Of a DNA stretch of 64,000 nucleotides, positions 58,305-64,000 are shown piece by piece. Origin of the DNA: Eledone cirrhosa (Eukaryota); assembly GCA_964016885.1 (NCBI GenBank), contig OZ024745.1, forward strand, positions 14,136,001 to 14,200,000. The letters run 5' to 3'. A program made the position numbers and the translations under genes. How positions within the stretch are numbered: the stretch's first letter is position 1; each line of letters begins with the position of its first letter. Under the pieces are notes generated by a model that saw nothing but the letters and a program-made list of their open reading frames with translations, made no database searches and was not told the DNA's origin.

Positions 58305-61300
58305 ACGGCTAGAACTAGCGAGGTGAGAAGGGCAGAGCCCAGCGATGCCGAAGCTAGTTCTACCCAAACACACACGGTTAGAACTAACGAGGCGAGCAGG
58401 GCAGAGACATCCGACACCGAAGATAATTCTAGCCAAACACAGAGAGTTAGCACTAGCGAGGTGGGTAGGTCAGAGACATAGGACACCAAAGCTAGCTACA
58501 GCCAAACACACAGAGTTAGCACTAGCGAGGTGGGTAGGTCAGAGACATAGGACACCAAAGCTAGCTACAGCCAAACACAGAGAGTTAGCACTAGCGAGGT
58601 GGGTAGGTCAGAGACATAGGACACCAAAGCTAGTCACAGCCAAACACAGAGAGTTAGCACTAGCGAGGTGGGTAGGTCAGAGACATAGGACACCAAAGCT
58701 AGCTACAGCCAAACACAGAGAGTTAGCACTAGCGAGGTGGGTAGGTCAGAGACATAGGACACCAAAGCTAGTCACAGCCAAACACAGAGAGTTAGCACTA
58801 GCGAGGTGGGTAGGTCAGAGACATAGGACACCAAAGCTAGTCACAGCCAAACACAGAGAGTTAGCACTAGCGAGGTGGGTAGGTCAGAGACATAGGACAC
58901 CAAAGCTAGCTACAGCCAAACACAGAGAGTTAGCACTAGCGAGGTGGGTAGGTCAGAGACATAGGACACCAAAGCTAGCTACAGCCAAACACAGAGAGTT
59001 AGCACTAGCGAGGTGGGTAGGTCAGAGACATAGGACACCAAAGCTAGTCACAGTCAAACACAGAGAGTTAGCACTAGCGAGGTGGGTAGGTCAGAGACAT
59101 AGGACACCAAAGCTAGCCACAGTCAAACACAGAGAGTTAGCACTAGCGAGGTGGGTAGGTCAGAGACATAGGACACCAAAGCTAGCTACAGCCAAACACA
59201 GAGAGTTAGCACTAGTGAGGTGGGTAGGTCAGAGACATAGGACACCAAAGCTAGCCACAGCCAAACACAGAGAGTTAGCACTAGCGAGGTGGGTAGGTCA
59301 GAGACATAGGACACCAAAGCTAGCCACAGTCAAACACAGAGAGTTAGCACTAGCGAGGTGGGCAGGTCAGAGACATAGGACACCAAAGCTAGCTACAGCC
59401 AAACACAGAGAGTTAGCACTAGCGAGGTGGGCAGGTCAGAGACATAGGACACCAAAGCTAGCCACAGCCAAACACAGAGAGTTAGCACTAGCGAGGTGGG
59501 TAGGTCAGAGATATAGGACACCAAAGCTAGCTACAGTCAAACACAGAGAGTTAGCACTAGCGAGGTGGGCAGGTCAGAGACATAGGACACCAAAGCTAGC
59601 CACAGCCAAACACAGAGAGTTAGCACTAGCGAGGTGGGTAGGTCAGAGATATAGGACACCAAAGCTAGCTACAGTCAAACACAGAGAGTTAGCACTAGCG
59701 AGGTGGGTAGGTCAGAGATATAGGACACCAAAGCTAGCCACAGCCAAACACAGAGAGTTAGCACTAGCGAGGTGGGTAGGTCAGAGATATAGGACACCAA
59801 AGCTAGCTACAGTCAAACACAGAGAGTTAGCACTAGCGAGGTGGGCAGGTCAGAGACATAGGACACCAAAGCTAGCTACAGCCAAACACACAGAGTTAGC
59901 ACTAGCGAGGTGGGTAGGGTCAGAGACATAGGACACCAAAGCTAGTCACAGTCAAACACAGAGAGTTAGCACTAGCGAGGTGGGTAGGTCAGAGACATAG
60001 GACACCAAAGCTAGTCACAGCCAAACACAGAGAGTTAGCACTAGCGAGGTGGGTAGGTCAGAGATATAGGACACCAAAGCTAGCTACAGCCAAACACAGA
60101 GAGTTAGCACTAGCGAGGTGGGCAGGTCAGAGACATAGGACACCAAAGCTAGTCACAGCCAAACACAGAGAGTTAGCACTAGCGAGGTGGGCAGGTCAGA
60201 GACATAGGACACCAAAGCTAGCTACAGCCAAACACAGAGAGTTAGCACTAGCGAGGTGGGTAGGTCAGAGACATAGGACACCAAAGCTAGTCACAGCCAA
60301 ACACAGAGAGTTAGCACTAGCGAGGTGGGTAGGTCAGAGACATAGGACACCAAAGCTAGTCACAGCCAAACACAGAGAGTTAGCACTAGCGAGGTGGGTA
60401 GGTCAGAGACATAGGACACCAAAGCTAGCTACAGCCAAACACAGAGAGTTAGCACTAGCGAGGTGGGCAGGTCAGAGACATAGGACACCAAAGCTAGTCA
60501 CAGCCAAACACAGAGAGTTAGCACTAGCGAGGTGGGTAGGTCAGAGACATAGGACACCAAAGCTAGTCACAGCCAAACACAGAGAGTTAGCACTAGCGAG
60601 GTGGGTAGGTCAGAGACATAGGACACCAAAGCTAGCTACAGCCAAACACAGAGAGTTAGCACTAGCGAGGTGGGCAGGTCAGAGATATAGGACACCAAAG
60701 CTAGCTACAGCCAAACACAGAGAGTTAGCACTAGCGAGGTGGGCAGGTCAGAGACATAGGACACCAAAGCTAGTCACAGCCAAACACAGAGAGTTAGCAC
60801 TAGCGAGGTGGGCAGGTCAGAGATATAGGACACCAAAGCTAGCTACAGCCAAACACACAGAGTTAGCACTAGCGAGGTGGGCAGGTCAGAGATATAGGAC
60901 ACCAAAGCTAGCTACAGCCAAACACAGAGAGTTAGCACTAGCGAGGTGGGTAGGTCAGAGATATAGGACACCAAAGCTAGCTACAGCCAAACACACAGAG
61001 TTAGCACTAGCGAGGTGGGTAGGTCAGAGATATAGGACACCAAAGCTAGCTACAGCCAAACACACAGAGTTAGCACTAGCGAGGTGGGCAGGTCAGAGAC
61101 ATAGGACACCAAAGCTAGCCACAGTCAAACACAGAGAGTTAGCACTAGCGAGGTGGGTAGGTCAGAGACATAGGACACCAAAGCTAGCTACAGTCAAACA
61201 CAGAGAGTTAGCACTAGCGAGGTGGGTAGGTCAGAGACATAGGACACCAAAGCTAGCCACAGTCAAACACAGAGAGTTAGCACTAGCGAGGTGGGTAGGT

Positions 61301-64000
61301 CAGAGACATAGGACACCAAAGCTAGCTACAGTCAAACACAGAGAGTTAGCACTAGCGAGGTGGGTAGGTCAGAGACATAGGACACCAAAGCTAGCTACAG
61401 CCAAAGACAGAGAGTTAGCACTAGCGAGGTGGGTAGGTCAGAGACATAGGACACCAAAGCTAGCTACAGCCAAACACAGAGAGTTAGCACTAGCGAGGTG
61501 GGCAGGTCAGAGACATAGGACACCAAAGCTAGCTACAGCCAAACACAGAGAGTTAGCACTAGCGAGGTGGGCAGGTCAGAGACATAGGACACCAAAGCTA
61601 GCTACAGCCAAACACAGAGAGTTAGCACTAGCGAGGTGGGTAGGTCAGAGACATAGGACACCAAAGCTAGCTACAGCCAAACACAGAGAGTTAGCACTAG
61701 CGAGGTGGGTAGGTCAGAGACATAGGACACCAAAGCTAGCTACAGCCAAACACAGAGAGTTAGCACTAGCGAGGTGGGCAGGTCAGAGACATAGGACACC
61801 AAAGCTAGCTACAGCCAAACACACAGAGTTAGCACTAGCGAGGTGGGTAGGTCAGAGACATAGGACACCAAAGCTAGTCACAGCCAAACACAGAGTTAGC
61901 ACTAGCGAGGTGGGTAGGTCAGAGACATAGGACACCAAAGCTAGCTACAGCCAAACACACAGAGTTAGCACTAGCGAGGTGGGTAGGGTCAGAGACATAG
62001 GACACCAAAGCTAGCTACAGCCAAACACACAGAGTTAGCACTAGCGAGGTGGGCAGGTCAGAGACATAGGACACCAAAGCTAGCTACAGCCAAACACAGA
62101 GAGTTAGCACTAGCGAGGTGGGTAGGTCAGAGACATAGGACACCAAAGCTAGCTACAGCCAAACACACAGAGTTAGCACTAGCGAGGTGGGTAGGGTCAG
62201 AGACATAGGACACCAAAGCTAGCTACAGCCAAACACACAGAGTTAGCACTAGCGAGGTGGGCAGGTCAGAGACATAGGACACCAAAGCTAGCTACAGCCA
62301 AACACACAGAGTTAGCACTAGCGAGGTGGGTAGGGTCAGAGACATAGGACACCAAAGCTAGCTACAGCCAAACACACAGAGTTAGCACTAGCGAGGTGGG
62401 CAGGTCAGAGACATAGGACACCAAAGCTAGCTACAGCCAAACACAGAGAGTTAGCACTAGCGAGGTGGGTAGGTCAGAGACATAGGACACCAAAGCTAGC
62501 TACAGCCAAACACACAGAGTTAGCACTAGCGAGGTGGGTAGGGTCAGAGACATAGGACACCAAAGCTAGCTACAGCCAAACACACAGAGTTAGCACTAGC
62601 GAGGTGGGCAGGTCAGAGACATAGGACACCAAAGCTAGCTACAGCCAAACACAGAGAGTTAGCACTAGCGAGGTGGGTAGGTCAGAGACATAGGACACCA
62701 AAGCTAGCTACAGCCAAACACACAGAGTTAGCACTAGCGAGGTGGGTAGGGTCAGAGACATAGGACACCAAAGCTAGCTACAGCCAAACACAGAGAGTTA
62801 GCACTAGCGAGGTGGGTAGGGTCAGAGACATAGGACACCAAAGCTAGCTACAGCCAAACACACAGAGTTAGCACTAGCGAGGTGGGTAGGGTCAGAGACA
62901 TAGGACACCAAAGCTAGCCACAGCCAAACACAGAGAGTTAGCACTAGCGAGGTGGGTAGGTCAGAGACATAGGACACCAAAGCTAGCTACAGCCAAACAC
63001 ACAGAGTTAGCACTAGCGAGGTGGGCAGGTCAGAGACATAGGACACCAAAGCTAGCTACAGCCAAACACACAGAGTTAGCACTAGCGAGGTGGGTAGGTC
63101 AGAGACATAGGACACCAAAGCTAGCTACAGCCAAACACACAGAGTTAGCACTAGCGAGGTGGGTAGGGTCAGAGACATAGGACACCAAAGCTAGCTACAG
63201 CCAAACACAGAGAGTTAGCACTAGCGAGGTGGGTAGGGTCAGAGACATAGGACACCAAAGCTAGCCACAGCCAAACACAGAGAGTTAGCACTAGCGAGGT
63301 GGGTAGGTCAGAGACATAGGACACCAAAGCTAGCTACAGCCAAACACACAGAGTTAGCACTAGCGAGGTGGGTAGGGTCAGAGACATAGGACACCAAAGC
63401 TAGCTACAGCCAAACACAGAGAGTTAGCACTAGCGAGGTGGGTAGGGTCAGAGACATAGGACACCAAAGCTAGTCACAGCCAAACACAGACAGTTAGCAC
63501 TAGCGAGGTGGGTAGGTCAGAGACATAGGACACCAAAGCTAGCTACAGCCAAACACACAGAGTTAGCACTAGCGAGGTGGGTAGGGTCAGAGACATAGGA
63601 CACCAAAGCTAGCTACAGCCAAACACAGAGAGTTAACACTAGCGAGGTGGGTAGGTCAGAGACATAGGACACCAAAGCTAGCTACAGCCAAACACAGAGA
63701 GTTAGCACTAGCGAGGTGGGTAGGTCAGAGATATAGGACACCAAAGCTAGCTACAGCCAAACACAGAGAGTTAGCACTAGCGAGGTGGGTAGGTCAGAGA
63801 CATAGGACACCAAAGCTAGCTACAGCCAAACACAGAGAGTTAGCACTAGCGAGGTGGGTAGGTCAGAGACATAGGACACCAAAGCTAGCTACAGCCAAAC
63901 ACACAGAGTTAGCACTAGCGAGGTGGGTAGGGTCAGAGACATAGGACACCAAAGCTAGCTACAGCCAAACACAGAGAGTTAGCACTAGCGAGGTGGGTAG
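58305..64000. repeat. 69-bp minisatellite, more than 80 copies, running off the window end
   Basis: gttagcactagcgaggtgggtaggtcagagacataggacaccaaagctagctacagccaaacacagaga. The first two units are degenerate. 70-bp (tagggtc) variants are enriched distally. Confidence 0.98.

Noticed and set aside
58345-59931. 528-aa repetitive ORF
   Set aside because: Product of the 69-bp unit; the frame is broken freely by 70-bp and 67-bp variants.

Overview
AT-rich, microsatellite-saturated eukaryotic DNA. An octopus/cephalopod origin is inferred from the (TA)n/(CA)n/(GTAT)n load and the tRNA-SINE types; it is not proven. No host protein-coding gene, rRNA, tRNA gene or CRISPR array is supported. The window is a mosaic of: non-LTR retrotransposon fragments (R4/Dong-like, RTE, CRE-like, and an Ingi-like 2A/PHD derivative); at least five Penelope-like element (PLE) fragments; SINEs; a Helitron-like element; a TTAA MITE; and four large tandem arrays (ACA-triplet 5 kb, 16-bp, 46-bp, 69-bp). 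The most notable signal is a dense set of hammerhead ribozymes (HHRs), about 25 motifs in about 10 families, read by eye. A 468-bp, >99% identical, highly self-complementary tandem array (30427-34403) carries a canonical type I HHR in every unit and contains an internal inversion, making it a strong retrozyme/circular-RNA candidate. A diverged relative lies 1 kb upstream. Two further non-coding families (845-bp unit; about 470-bp element) carry HHRs with unusually long stem II insertions. Most of these elements, and three of the PLE fragments, share one geometry: a fold-back in (TA)n where only one arm carries the 60-165 nt 3' tail. This points to mobilisation by a PLE reverse transcriptase.
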